Shown here in pieces: positions 1 through 13,751 of a DNA stretch of 64,000 nucleotides. The position numbers were made by a program, and so were the translations under genes. This DNA comes from Camelus dromedarius (lineage: Eukaryota). The stretch spans positions 7,132,001-7,196,000 of the forward strand of contig NC_087438.1 of assembly GCF_036321535.1 (NCBI RefSeq), read 5' to 3'. Each line of letters begins with the position of its first letter. Positions within the stretch are counted from its first letter, which is position 1. Below the pieces are notes generated by a model, which made no database searches, was not told where the DNA came from, and saw nothing but the letters and a program-made list of their open reading frames with translations.

Positions 1-190
1 TAGTGGCTGCACCAATTTACATTCCCACCAACAGTGTAGGAGGGTTCCCTTTTCTCCACACCTTCCTCAGCATTTACTGTTGGTGGACTTTTTAATGATG
101 GTCATTCTGACTGGTGTGAGGTAATACCTCATCGTAGTTTTGATTTGCATTTCTCTGATAATTAGTGATGTTGAGCATATTTTCATGAGC
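1..190 (-). mobile_element. LINE-1 fragment (3' ORF2 region), antisense
   Basis: Typical L1 text: caccaatttacattcccaccaacagtgtaggagggttccc...gttttgatttgcatttctctgataattagtgatgttgagca. Confidence 0.9.
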
Positions 191-1791
191 TAAACAGGTT
201 TCTTCACTGCAGAACTTCTCAGGAGCACCTCATGGAACTAGGCTACACTGAAAATACATTTTGGGGGAGAAATGGCTTTCATTTCTAAAAATACAACCCA
301 GTAAGTGAATTATTTCTGTGTTGTGTTTAAGTTTTTGTTTCTCAAGTGAATTAACTCTATTAGTCTTGGTTATTTTTGATGATATGAGCTATGGAATCCA
401 AAAAGTTACCTGTAATTAGGTAAGAGTATCTCTGCCATGGAACCAGCTCCAGTGTGCTGGAATTTCCTATTCTGTGTTTCCATGACTTAAGGAAGCTTCT
501 GCCAGCTAGAATGGAAAGAAGATATTTTCTTACAGGTAATTCTCCTATCACAGATTCTCTCTGCTCTCTACTGCTGACCATCAATCAGGCAAAAAGATAG
601 GGTGGGTCCTCTTCTAGGCTCAGGTCACTCTTTCAGGAGTTCCCTTCTCATAAAGATTATCTTGTCATTCATATTACTGCAATTTCACTCATTTAACAGT
701 AGAAGAAAGTACTCCTACATCCCATAACCTCCATGGGTCTGACTCAAACTCACATGTACAGCTTCACTGATTCCAACCTATTGCACATGTCTTAGCCAGC
801 TGTTACTGGAGGGTTCTTTGCTTTTGACCACAGTATAACTTCCATGCCCTGGTTTTCTATTTGGAGGACAAGAGGCTGTGTACCTGTTTATACTGTTACC
901 ACTGTGTTTACAACTTTAGAAATGCAAGACTGACTTATCTCCTGATACTAAACTGCATCATGCATGAATTAATGTTTGATATGCTCTCAAGAATGAGTTT
1001 CCTCTCTTGCTGTTCTCTTGCCTTGTTTACTTCAAGAAGAACATTGGGAGCCTGCCCAAGAAGGGTGATGCTCCGTGGTTATGTCTTCTCTGGGAGTTGC
1101 AAACAAGACTCCATCAGCCTGCCAAGCATATGCACGGGTGTTCCAATGTGAAACAGAAGCTTCACTGATCAGTGAACAGAACAAACCACAGCTGCTGGTT
1201 TAGCTCTAGCTCGAATCACAAGTTGTAACTTATGCCATCTCCAGGGGCTGGTTAGAGCTCTGATTCATGCATGAACTACCCAGTCCATATGGAGTGGGCA
1301 ACTCAGCTCAGGCTGAAACTTTCTGTTAGAATTTTATAGAGTTCAGGAAAACAGTGCTGCTGATACAGACCCAATGCCATTTTCTGATCATTACTTGAAT
1401 AGTGTCATTTAAAGTCACACACTTTTAATCTCTGACTTGCTCACACGTAAAGTTTGTGGAGAGCTGCCAAAAGTTATCCTCCCAACCATACTGCCGTCTC
1501 CATCTTTTTAAATGAAGGCATTGTCTCTGGAAGTCCCTACTCCAGTGTTATTACACCCTCAGCAGTAACTCATTAAACCCAAACCCATGCTTCTTAAACT
1601 TCCACACTAAGGTACCCCAACAGAAGATAATGGAGGTGTTTGGAAGGGAAGGCAGGAGGCATTTCTTAAGAGGTGTCAAATTCCTCTGAAGCAGTTCCTG
1701 TTTTGTCTTTTAAATGTAAATTAATTTTGTGGTCTATCCCATACATATTCATGATTATTTTAATATAATAGTTAATACTGATTAAAGTACT

Positions 1792-2386
1792 TGTATCAGT
1801 CAGAGTACGGTCAGAAAACAGAAACCACACCCATTATTTTAACTGAGAATTTAACATAAAACATTGATAACCAAGCATTGGTGACCTAAAAAATGCAAAT
1901 AGGGGGCACTGAGGTTCACAGAGGTTGTAATGCAGAAAGCAACTAACACCCCAGGGCTGAGGAACAAAGGAAGAGGCTGGGATCATTAAACCCAGAAGCA
2001 GAGAGGAAGAGTCTCCAAGGGGATCCGGGTCACTGCCACAGAGACATGAACAGCAGTGGGGGTGTTTCTAAGGGACCAAAGAGACGGGTTCTGTGCATGC
2101 GGGAAAACCCGCAAACCGAGAGCTACCGTTGCCACTGGAACACCTGATGCTGCAAGCTAAGGAACTGTCACCAGGCAGTCAGTCCCTGCGTGGTCCCTAA
2201 CAGGAAGCAAACAGGAAGAAGGAGGTCCCTTCTTCCTCCTCCAGCCCACAGATACCCTCTAGCGCCCCCTTTTTGGCAGAACCTTAAAAGGAGCCGCTGC
2301 AAAGCAGCACCGAGTCTCAGCCCAACACTGCCACCCTGAACATGGAAAGGTGGGGGGAGCTGAGACACAATAGCTTAATCAACACA
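1792..2386 (-). mobile_element. Solo ERVL-type LTR, LTR41-like
   Basis: TG...CA ends (tgtatcagtc...aatcaacaca), near-TSD gtact/gtaca, and internal ccctctagcgccccct..ggcaga typical of LTR41. Confidence 0.7.
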
Positions 2387-2786
2387 GTACAATTTTTTTT
2401 CCAAAATCAGCTCTAGCTGAATTGATGCTCAAGAAGATGTACCATACTGATTCATCCAATGGCTCTATACAATTCTGAAAAACATTTTAGAGACTTGACA
2501 ACTTGCCACCATTGGCTATTAACCAGCCTGGTGTGAATTAACTAATCAGGCATCGAGCAAGGTCCAAGGACCCGCGTTCCCATGCCAGCCCAGCCGCCTC
2601 CTGCATGACCTGGGGCACATTACTTTCTCAGTCACTGCTTTTCCAACCTGAGGGAGTTCGATTAAATTTTCTCAAAGTCCATTCCAATTTTATAATTACT
2701 GGAGATTATCCTGGGAAACCTCATAAGCACGGTTTTTGTGAGAGGGGAGTCAAAAACAGTGAGATTCATAAGACTTTGTTGGGTGC

Positions 2787-3256
2787 TGTGGACAAAGAAT
2801 GTCACCTGCCATTTCAGTAAACAAAGAACGTCTGTCAGCCATCAAACCAGCAGCCCCTGCTGCCATCCCAGTGGTGAGCCCTGGGGGAACTCAGGATGGA
2901 GAAAAAAAAAAAGGACCCTGGCCCTAGACAGCTAAGATGCATAGCAAAGGAGTGATTTCAGTGAGCCCAGACTCTTGTATCATCCCATATATAGTAAAGC
3001 ACTAAAATCATTAACTTGAGATGTCTGGGTTTTCTGTGATTAGTAGTAATATTTTGATGTTCAACTATGTGGTTTTTTTGTTTTTTGTTTTTTGCTTTTC
3101 AGCAAAATCTCCTACAAATTCTGGCTCTCCCCTCACCTCTTTGGAGCAGTTCCACAGTGATCTGAGAGCCTGTCTCCCGGGCTATCATTCTCAGTAAGGT
3201 CCCTGAGTAAAACATAACTCTCAACTTCTAGGTTGTGCATTTCTCTTCCGTCGACA
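2787..3256 (+). mobile_element. Solo ERV LTR (artiodactyl/lineage-specific ERV1-like)
   Basis: tgtggac...gtcgaca termini, and a 3' part (cctctttggagcagtt...ctgtctcccgggct...aaaacataactctcaact...ttgtgcatt) typical of artiodactyl ERV LTRs. Confidence 0.7.
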
Positions 3257-3867
3257 GCACCCAGAAGTAACTTATGGGCACTGGGAGGAGGAGAGCCTTG
3301 AAGAAAGGAGATGAGGGAGAGGGAAGCAAAACAGGAATGGAAGAGTGTGAAGAGGAATGGATGAGGGATGTTATGGTGAGAGCGGGCACTCGGAGTAGGA
3401 AAGAGCACCTGACGTTTCTGTGATTCTGATTCACTGAATTTGCTCAGTGGCTCATCTTCTGCTTTCTGGTGCATGTGAAATGGAATCGCTGTGTGCTCCC
3501 ATGTGGAAACAAGTTGGAATGCACACAGGTCCCCTCAGGGGAAAGGAGTTAGAGGCCGGGCTGGACACGATGCTCTCTTCCCTTCAGGACTGTAAAGATG
3601 GAGGGCGGCAGACCTTATGTATTGCCAACTGCAACAAAGCATTTCTTGATGTCCAGCTCCCTTCACAGAGAGGAAATATTCTGTGCTTCTTGGCAGAATG
3701 GTGTTATTTCAATGCATTGTATGGGTAACTCACTGCCTTGCAGAGGAAAGAATTGCTTCTAACTGGATCACAGAAAAGGCAGGTGAGTACCAGAGGAGAG
3801 ACAATATTTGTGGCTAGACTTTGCATGTATGGTGTTGATGTCAAGATGCTTACAAGTCCTGGGCCGG

Positions 3868-3960
3868 AAGGAGAAAGAAAAATGCCATATGACATCATTT
3901 ATATGAAAAATCTAAAAAATAATAACATTAATAATAAGGACACAAATGAACTAATTATTA
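3868..3960 (+). mobile_element. Short L1 3'-UTR fragment
   Basis: gagaaagaaaaatgccatatgacatcatttatatg...gacacaaatgaact. Confidence 0.6.
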
Positions 3961-5642
3961 CTTTGATTTCTTGAATATGGGTGAGTACATTTGACTGTCA
4001 TTTATGATTGGATTACCACATTCTATTGATTCTTATTTTGTAGTTGGCTTTATTCCTTTGATAACTATGTAAGTTTAAAAAGCTGAAGATCTACTGTTCT
4101 TAGAAACAATAATTAGTACATATACGAAAACTGAAAAAATGTGCAGTATACTGTTCATATGTATTTATGACTCTCCTGTGAATATGGTTGCAAATCACTT
4201 GGTAATTAAATACCCTCTTCAAGGTACCATGGCTGGTTTAATGCTGGCCAAACCCATCATAACAGATTGTTAATCTGAGCTGGTGGGGCTTTTTTTCCTT
4301 TGTTTCATTTTCAAAGATTTTTATTATGATATGATATTTGGTAATATTCTTTATTAGGCTGATAAGTTTTGAATTGCTTTTCATTTTATTATCACATTAG
4401 TTCCTTCTTAATGGTTTTACTAGGACTCAGAAGTCTCCCGAGTTTTAATAACCTCTCTTTTTTCAGTACTTATAGTCATGGAATTAATTATATAAAATCA
4501 TGATCCTTCACTGAATGTGTCACCGGGCCAAAAGAAGAAAATTCAATAGGAAGAATTAGACCTTGAAGAGTGATTGACGATTCATCTCACTACAGATTTT
4601 TCACTTTGAGACTTTCATTTGCTTTGCTGTAACACAATTTCCTTTTTTTTTTTTTCCACCTCTAAGAATATCCTTCAGACTGAGGAATGCTTTGAAATTC
4701 TCTGAACTGGGGGTAATTAAAATTAAACTTTTTAAACCTCAGTTGATTTTTTTAAGAACATGAAAGGACATGTTTTATTCACCTAAGAATATTTTCTTGT
4801 AGCTGGCTTTGTTTAAAGGAGAGACAATGATAAGGTGAACTACAAGAAACTATCAAATTAGCAAGTTTTCTTAGGATCTTGTTTTCATGTTCCTCTTCCT
4901 TGATTCATGGTGGTAAGCATTCTCTTAAAAACAAGTGTCTCTTAGTTAAAGTCCTGAGGTCAATTCACCCTTGTTGAATCATAATTTCATAATTAATTTC
5001 TGAAAGAACAAAATATCATATGTAACAGTCTTGGAAAGAACAGAAATTTTAAGTAGTTTTTTATTAGATCTTGGCAAACAAGGAGGCTATCAAGTGGAAA
5101 TCAGTGGCCAGGTTTTCAAACAGGAATAAATAATTAAATGCCCAATAACAGGATTAAGAGTTGAGCAAATTAAAATCATAGTTTAAAAAAGATCGTTATC
5201 AAATAAACAATTATTTTGGGTGATCAGAAACTTCCACTTTTACAGCTGATTATGAGCAGCAGCAAATTAGAACATTATCCTCATGTCAAAGTCTTTCTTC
5301 TAAATCTAACACGTAATACGTGTGCAATAAATGTCCACTGAATGAATGTTCAATTAACGGTTTTAATCAGTTAAAAGAAAATTATGTCTATCCAACGTAA
5401 CTCCCTGGTCTGACCAAGATGTAAAATTTGCAACTAATCAAGTAATGGTGGATCTGATTTTTTAACAATTCTTTTGAGGAGATGAGTTATTTCTAAAGAG
5501 ATTTAAATAAGCAAACTATTAAGGTGATAACCTAACTATGACACAAACTATTAATACGTTGGTCCTTAACATATGTAAAACTAAATATACTATACATGTA
5601 AAAATAAACACAGATTTTGCTTTCTTCAAAAGCATCAGGTAA

Positions 5643-8068
5643 CCATATGGCTTCACTGATGAATTCTACCAAACGTTTAAAGAAGGATTAACATCACTCC
5701 TTCACAAAGTTTACAAAAAAAAAGAGAGAGAGAGGAGGGAACTTTTCCCAACTCATTCTATGAGTTTAGTATTACCCTGATACCGAAACCAAATAAAGAC
5801 TTCACTAGAAAAGAAAACCCCAAGCCATTCCTTATGACTATAGGCACAAAAATCATCAACAAAATACGAGCAAACTGAATCCAGAAATATATATTTGAAA
5901 AAAATCATTCACCATAACCAAATGAGATTTATCCCAGGAAAGCAAGGTTGATTCAATACATGAAAATCAATCAAAGTAATACAACATACTAATAGAATTA
6001 AAAACAAACACCACATGATCATCTGAACAGATACAGAAAAAGCATTTGACAAACCCTAACACCTTTCATCATAACACTCAATAAACTAGGAATAGAAGGA
6101 AACTTTCTCATTCTGACAAAGGGTAGCTATGAAAAAAGCCCACAGATAACACCATACTTAATGCTGAAAGACTGAAAGTTTTCCCCCTAAGGAACAAGAC
6201 AAGGATGCTCACTCTCACCATTTCTGTACTGGAGGGCACTTAGACAAGAGAAAGAAATTGAAATACCCAAATTAGATGATATGATATTGTGCATAGAGAA
6301 ACCTAAGGGATTCACAAATACACTATTGGAGCTAATAGACGAGTTCAGAAAGGTTGCAAGATACAAGATCAATACACAAGGATCAACTGCACTTCTATAC
6401 ACTAACAATAAACAATCTGGAAAGGAAATTAAGCAAACAATATCACTTACAATAGCATAGAAAAGAATGAAATATTTAGATATAGTCTTAACAAAAGAAG
6501 TGCAAGATTTGAACATGGGAAACTATAAAACATAGTTAAAAGAAATTAAAGATCTAAATACATAGAATGATATCTCATTTTCATGAAGAATAACTTAATA
6601 TTGTTAAGATGGCAATATTCCACAAACTGGTCTTCAGATTTGGTGAAATATTTATCAAAACCCCAGATGACTATTTTTTAACAGAAATTGACAAGCTGAT
6701 CCTAAAATTCATGTGGAAATGCAAAAGACTCTGAAATTGCCAAGACAGTCTTGAAAAAGAAGAAAGTTGGAAGACTCATACTTCTCCATTTCAGAACTTA
6801 CTACAAAGCTACAGCAATCGAGAATGTGTGGTACTGAAAAAAAAAAACAAAAATAAATTAAAAGCAAAAAAGACTATGTGGTACTGGCATAAAAACAGAC
6901 TTATAGATCAATGAAATAGAATTGAGAGTCCAGAAATTAAACCACTTATGGTATGGTCAATAGAGTTTGACAAAGGTGCCATGACAATTTAATAGGGAAA
7001 GAGTAAGACTTTTCAACAAATGATGCTGGGACAACTGGATATCTGTATACAACAGAATGAAGTTGCAAATATACCTCACACCATATACAAAAATTTATTT
7101 CAAAGGAATCAAAGACCCAAATGTAAGAACTAAAACTATGAAACTCCTACAAGAAACCATAAATGTAAATATTCATGACTATGAATTAGACAGTGGTTTC
7201 TAAGATATGACACCAAAAACACAAGACAATGAAAGATAAATTTGACTTCTTCAAAGCTAAAATCATTTGGGCTTCAAAGGATACTATCAAGAAAGTGAAA
7301 AGATAACCCACAGAATGGGAGGAAATGTTTATAAATCATATATCTGATAAAAGTCTAGTATCCAGAACAATTAAAGAACTCTTACAACTCACCTAATGCA
7401 TTAAGTGGGCAAATGATCTGAATGGACACTTATCCAAAGAATATATATGTGGCCAATACACACATGACAAGAAACTCAACATCATTCATCATTAAAGAAA
7501 TGCAGATCAAAGCCACCATGAGATACCACTTCATACTCATTAGAATGGCTATTTAAAAAAAAAGATAGACAATAACAAGTGTTGGCGAGGATGCAGAGAA
7601 ACTGGAACCCTCAAACATCATTGGTGCGAATGGAAAATAGTGCAACCACTTTGGAACACAGTTTGGCAGTTCCTCAAAAAACTTCTACACAAATGTTTAT
7701 AACAGTATTATTCATAACAGCCAGAAAGCAGAAACAGTCTAGATGTCCATCAACTGATGAGTGGATAATAAAATTTGGCATATCCATTCAGTGGAATATT
7801 ATTTAGCCATAACACAGCATAGATGAACACTGAAAACACGCTAAGTGAAAGAAGCCAGGCACAAAGGGCCACATACTGTATGAGTCCATTTAGATGAAGT
7901 TTCCAGAATAGATTAATGGTTTCCAAGGGCTGGGGAAGTAGAAGAGGGGGTTACTGCTAGTGGGTATTGGGTTTATTTCTGGGATATAGGAAACGTTCTG
8001 ACTTTAGATAGTGGCAATGATTGCACAACTCTGTGACTATACTAGAACCCCCTGAATTGTATACTTTT
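5643..8068 (+). mobile_element. Old L1M element (decayed ORF2 plus 3' end)
   Basis: ggcttcactgatgaattctaccaaac..., ccacatgatcatc...gaaaaagcatttgacaa, ending in gaattgtatacttt; many stops and frameshifts. Confidence 0.92.
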
Positions 8069-9212
8069 TTAAAAATCTGTCCTAACAGTAAAGTACTAGT
8101 TCCTTTAAAAAAAAAAAAAAAGCATCAGATAAAATACTAAGGTATGTGAAAATCTGATTATGTTCAAAAACTATATTAAAGTTACTGAAATTAAGACAAA
8201 AATGAAAACACTAAAAATCATAATATTTTTCTTTAAGTTGCATCTATTTTCCTTAAATACACAAATAATTTTGTCATTAATTTTATATGTTACATAGCAT
8301 AGAGGTAAAAATACATCACATCAAAGCTATATTTCTATTGGATAATAGCTAATAAAATGACCAAAAATCACCCACTCTTTCTTTTGTTGGGATAATTGTC
8401 ATTAAATATTCTGCAACGATTATTTTTCAGTAGGAGGTAAATCACATTCATTCACTGATAATGCTCCACTTTCTCCCTTTCCTCAACATGTTTACCATTT
8501 TACAAAAAAAATTTATCAGTGAAGTTTAATAAAGCACAAAGTTAAGGCTAGTATTTCCAACCACTGAGGTTTATTCTCCAGTTTTTCCACTTTGCATTTA
8601 CTACTCATTGATTCATCAAAAATTTCACCATTGTCCCTTTCAAAACAGTACGTGCATGTGTGTTTTTATTTTTGGAAAAGAAATGGCAACTAGGCCAAGG
8701 AAATTAACCATAATCTAATCTCATTAAGACAAAAATCACTCTTAAAAGATAATTATAGAATTATGACAATTATCTCATAACCTCAGCTGATGTAAATTGG
8801 CCCACAAATCTAAAGATCAATCCATTATTCTTTATAAAATGGTAATGTTAAAAACTAGAGAGGCTCCTGAAGGTTTAAAACACTGGAGGATAAAATTTCC
8901 ATTATGTTTAACATCATTCTGGCACTGATACTGTGGATATGCAATAGACCTTAGAGGACACTGACCATATTGGATTTGAATTATAATTATCAAATATATT
9001 AACTGCTATCTTAATAGAGTTCTTAATTAAAATACATTACAATTATAATGGTTATGACATCTTTCTTATGGGAAGCTTGCTTTTCAGAATTCTCTCACTA
9101 ATCCATAAAAAGGAGGTAGATATCAGAAATTAATATCTCCATTTCATATTTTTAATATGTCCATTTCATGTATTTAAGAGAAAGTGAAAAATGAAATGCA
9201 ACCAACAAGATT

Positions 9213-11156
9213 CTGCACATTAAAAATCCCGAAGAATCTTAAAAGGAGCTACAAGGGCTAATAAGTGGGTTTAGCAAGTTCATGGTCAATACATAGAAAT
9301 CAGTTGTACTTCTAGACACCAGCAAAAAAAAATTGGAAATTGATTTTTAAAAGTACTGTTTTTTAAAGTACTATTTACAATAGGACCCCCAAAATGAAAT
9401 ACTTAGGTACAAATCCAACAAAATATGTGTAAGATCTGTATACTGAAAGCTACAAAATACTGATAAAAAATGTAAATACTTGAGTTATATGTGAGATATA
9501 CTGTGTTCATGGATTGGAAGACTCAGTATTGCTAAGCTAATTAATCTATAGACTTAATGTAAACCTCTTCATTTTTGTAGAAATTGGTGAGCTTATTCTA
9601 AAATATACATGGAAAAGCAAAAGAACTGCAAAAGCCAAAATAATTTTTACAAAGAACAAAGCTAAGACTTACATCAAGCTGTAGTACTTGAGACTGTAAG
9701 GAACTGAAAAAAGATAGACACATAGATATGTGGAACAAAATATATCATCCAGAAGTAGACTCACATACATTTTGTCTATTGATTTTCAATACAAATGTGA
9801 TGGCAATTCAAAAGAGAAAGAACAGGTTTTTCAACAAATGCTGCATGAATAATTGGATGACCGTATGCAAAGAAATAAAACTTAATCCATACCCATCCCC
9901 ATAAAATTTAACCCAAAATGGATCATAGGCCTTAATGTAAAACCTAAAACTATAACACATTTAAAAGTAAACATAGGAGAATATCTTGGTGACTTTGGCA
10001 AAGATTTCTTAGACATGACATGAAAGTACAACTTGTAAAAGACTGATTAAGCTGGACTTCATCAAAATTAAAAACTTCAGCTTTGCAAAATATACTGCTA
10101 ATGAAGGAAAAAGAAAGCCACACACTGGAAGAAAATATTGGCAAAACATGTCTGATATATATTTGTAAACTAAATATATAAAGAACTATCAAAATTCAAT
10201 AATAAGTAAACAAACAACCCAATTTTAAAAACAGCCAAAAGATGGGAGAGTGTATAGTTCAGTGGTAGAGTGCATGCCTAACATGCATGAGGTCCTGGGT
10301 TCAAACCCCAGTACCTCCATTAAAAATAAATAAACCTAATTACCTTCCCTGCTAACAAAATTTTAAAAACAGGCACTAAAGAAGTGATTTGCTATGGGTA
10401 GCAAATAAAATTATGAAAAGATGTTCCCCATTACATCATTAGGAAAACGCAAAATGATGCCTTAAAAAAGAAGTCAGTACAAACCTATTAGAATGAGGGG
10501 AGAAAACTCAGAAAACCAAGTGCTGACGAGGATGTCCAGCAACGGGAACTCTCATACCCTGCTGGTGGGTATGCTGATAACCAGCTTCTTATAACATTAA
10601 CATACACCCAGCAATTCTATTTCTAGGTGTGTACCCAACTTCAGCAAACACTTGTGTTCACAAAAACAAACAAAAAAACACTTTGCAAATGTTTACAGTG
10701 ACTTCATTCATAACCATCAAGAACTGGAAAAAAAAATCCAAATGTTTTTCTACTGGTGAAAATTCAAATGTTTTTCTACTGGTGAAACACAGTCAGGAAT
10801 ATCCATACAATGGACTCCCACTCAACAATGAAAAGTAATAAACACACAACACGGATGAATCTCAAATGTATTACGCTAAGTGAAAAACCAGACTCAAAGG
10901 TTAACATTCTGTATGCTCCATCTATATGATATTCTGGAAAATCTAGGGACAAGAGAGAGACAGGTCAGTAGCTGCCAGGGAGTAGGAGCTGGGGAAGGTC
11001 TGACCACAAAGGGGCACAAGGGAATTTTGTGGCTAACGGGATTATTCCGTATCTGGACGGTGTGGTAGTTAAGTGACTGCATGCACTTGTCCAAACTCAC
11101 AGCCTTGTAAACTAAAAAGGGATTTATTTTTCTGTATGTAAATTATACCTCAATTT
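9213..11156 (+). mobile_element. Old L1M (MC/ME-type) fragment interrupted by a SINE
   Basis: ctgtgttcatggattggaagactc, ttcatcaaaattaaaaacttc, and a 3' end tgtatgtaaattatacctcaat. Confidence 0.88.
10244..10350 (+). mobile_element. tRNA-derived SINE (camelid Vic-1-like)
   Basis: gggagagtgtatagttcagtggtagagtgcatg...gaggtcctgggttcaaaccccagtacctcc...aaataaacctaattacc, with Pol III A and B boxes. Confidence 0.85.
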
Positions 11157-12804
11157 TTCTTACAGCATATAGCTTTCATACTTTACCATTAACACTTTAA
11201 AGCATTCGGTTAAAACATTCTACGTGGTACTTACATATGGTATCATTATCGGCCTACATTTGGAAGATATTTCTATTTCCTTAAGCCAGAATATTGGTTT
11301 TTCTGAGCAAAGGGTTGAAAACCAAAAGAAAAACACATTAAGCCCACTTTGAACCTTTGAAACTTTCTCCTGCTGCGGGGGAATAAACTAAATAGCAAAT
11401 CATTGTCCTTCATCATCATTTCCCTCCATGTACAGATTGAGCAGTAAGATCCTCTTTCTTGTTTTAATTCCAGCAATAGTTCATTTCCTTCTGGGACAGA
11501 ATTCATCCTAATCAGTCTGAACAATTTTCATGTTTCCTAGCAGCTTGTAGGATTTGACCAATAGTCACGCGGACAATATGAAACATTCGCTGTTTGCGTC
11601 AGTCTGAGCGTGACCCGCTATGCTCTGTAGCAAAGAAACTCTTTACGCCTGAAAAAACCCAGAACCTTTTTTTAATGGAAACTCTTTATATCGGATCAAA
11701 ATTCAGGGCTTAAAAAGCATCAGGTAAAAATCTTCACAAATAATCACCAAACTACTGAAGATTCAAAACATCAACCTGAGAATCAAATTGTGAGACACAG
11801 TAAAATGTAAAGCCATCACAAACTTATCTCATCTCAGAGAATTGCTGAGCACTCAAGCTTGTTTTCTTCCTTTTGCCTAACTACTAAGTGGATGGGAATG
11901 TTTTCCTTTCATTTACTGGAAACAAAAGTGATGCTGCATCAGCAGATAGGCTACAAACTAAAACATAAAAAAAAAAAAACCAAGATGAAGCCTAGTTAAA
12001 CGTGAATAAGACAAAATGACAAGAGGCTTCATTAGGGCATGAATTTTCCAATTGAAAATTATATTTGGAAAAAATTAAAATGTACAAGGAAAAGACCTGA
12101 GACCCCATCAAGGACAGAAAGAACGCACAGGACATGCCAGGACCCAAGATGCAAGAGAGACAGGATGGAAAATAATATGAAGGTGAATGTCAAAGGGGGG
12201 AGAAGTCAGCTCAGCTGAACTGATGGACGGAAAAAACTATTAAATAGAAAATGATTTGTAGATTGTAAATAAAAGCAGAAACACATGGTAAATATGAAAT
12301 CCATTGGTCCATTTTTAGAACGCATCACCCCCAAAATACTTAGATTTTAATCAAAATATTATAAATGAAAAACTGTTAGTAGAGAAAAATGGTATCTCAG
12401 TGATTATGCTAAGAAAAACTTTTGCATTAGAAATTTCAAATTTAGACTCATTTACTCTGGAAGGAACCAGCATTGTGAGCATCTCATAGTCATTTTAAAA
12501 AACAGAACGGATAGCAAAAGTGTATTCAACTTTGGGCTTTTTGAATCTACAAGGAGACAGTTAACTGCTCTTAATGAATCCACATCGGAATAAAATGCTG
12601 TCCAGAAGGTTGAGCCGTTGTGTAAATGAGACAGCAATGATTACTGGGGATGTTGCAGACGTCATGTAGAACAGGAGAGGTGCCAGAGAGCTATGAGTGG
12701 TGGCAAATATTGGTCCTGGAGAGAGGAGGAAGGGCAGTTCTGGAAACTGCGGGTGAGCAAGAACTGGACCTCAGGAGAGAGTCGGGCCCAGAAGGTTTCT
12801 GCAC

Positions 12805-13330
12805 GCCCACAGAATGGAACAGACTCCCGCCATACGTGACAGCAGGGATGCACCTGGGGACACTGCGCTGAGTGAGGTAAACCGGTCACAGAGGCACACG
12901 TACTGCGTGATTCCACTGCCATGAGGAATCGAAAACAGTCAGACCCACAGAAGCAGAGAGTGAAACGGGGGCTGCCAAGGGCTGGGCGGAGGGGGATGGG
13001 GAGCTGTGTTCAGTGGGTGCAAAGTTTCAGTCGTGTGGGAAGAGTAACTTCTAGAGATCTACTAGAGAACAATTCAGGGTTGTACACTTCACAGTTTGTT
13101 AAGAGGGGAGACCTTACATTAAGTTCTCTTTCCAGCAAAACAGCAATAGCAATGAAAAAAACAAAAGAGCAGGAGGAAACTTTGGAGGTAATGGATATGT
13201 TTATTACCTAGACGGCGGTGGTTGTCTCACAGGTGTGTGGATGTGTCCAGACTCATCAAACTGTACATTAAATATGCCCAGGGTCTTGGGGGTTGTATTT
13301 CAATTAGACCTCAATAAACCTGTTTTTAAA
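12805..13330 (+). mobile_element. L1M 3'-end fragments
   Basis: ctgagtgaggtaaaccggtcacaga...ggaaactttggaggtaatggatatgtttattacc...cctcaataaa. Confidence 0.75.
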
Positions 13331-13751
13331 AGGAAAAGAAAAATGTGAGAAAGCAAGTAATAAATAATGAGTCAAAAAAATAAACAGAAACTACAGGAGA
13401 TAGTATGGATGGCTAGGAATGAATCGTGGTAGGGTGGACAGTTTTCTTTTTTAACTAGAAAGCCAACATCACGGGGTGTGGAATAAAGGGAAAATGTAGT
13501 GTAGCTGCACTCAGGTAAGACATGTGACCAACTCTCCCCCGACACCCTTCCTTCACCCATTTATTCAACAAATACTTAAGGACTTCCCAAGACACGCAGG
13601 CCCTGTCCTCCAAGCTGGGATACAGTGACAAAGGCCACATGGAGGTGACAATCTGGCTACATGCTCATCTATGTGTCCCTATAGTCAAGACAGAGAAACA
13701 CAAGCTGTAAGAGAGTGTCACTGAGTAGACAGAGTATAAACTCAGTGAACA

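Noticed and set aside
861..1151. 96-aa plus-strand ORF
   Set aside because: Non-ATG start and no recognisable homology or exon context.
3960..4920. Hydrophobic translations suggesting a TAS2R or other GPCR pseudogene (TAS2R1 is a distant neighbour in human)
   Set aside because: No TAS2R motifs were recognised; T-rich DNA gives hydrophobic translations by itself, and all frames have stops.
6187..6516. 109-aa minus-strand ORF
   Set aside because: It is an antisense reading of decayed L1 ORF2.
10244..10320. tRNA-Ala-like sequences (also at 14840, 19410, 25256, 38440, 57758) as tRNA genes
   Set aside because: They are dispersed, mutually diverged copies with A-rich tails and TSD-like flanks, so they are SINEs rather than functional tRNAs.
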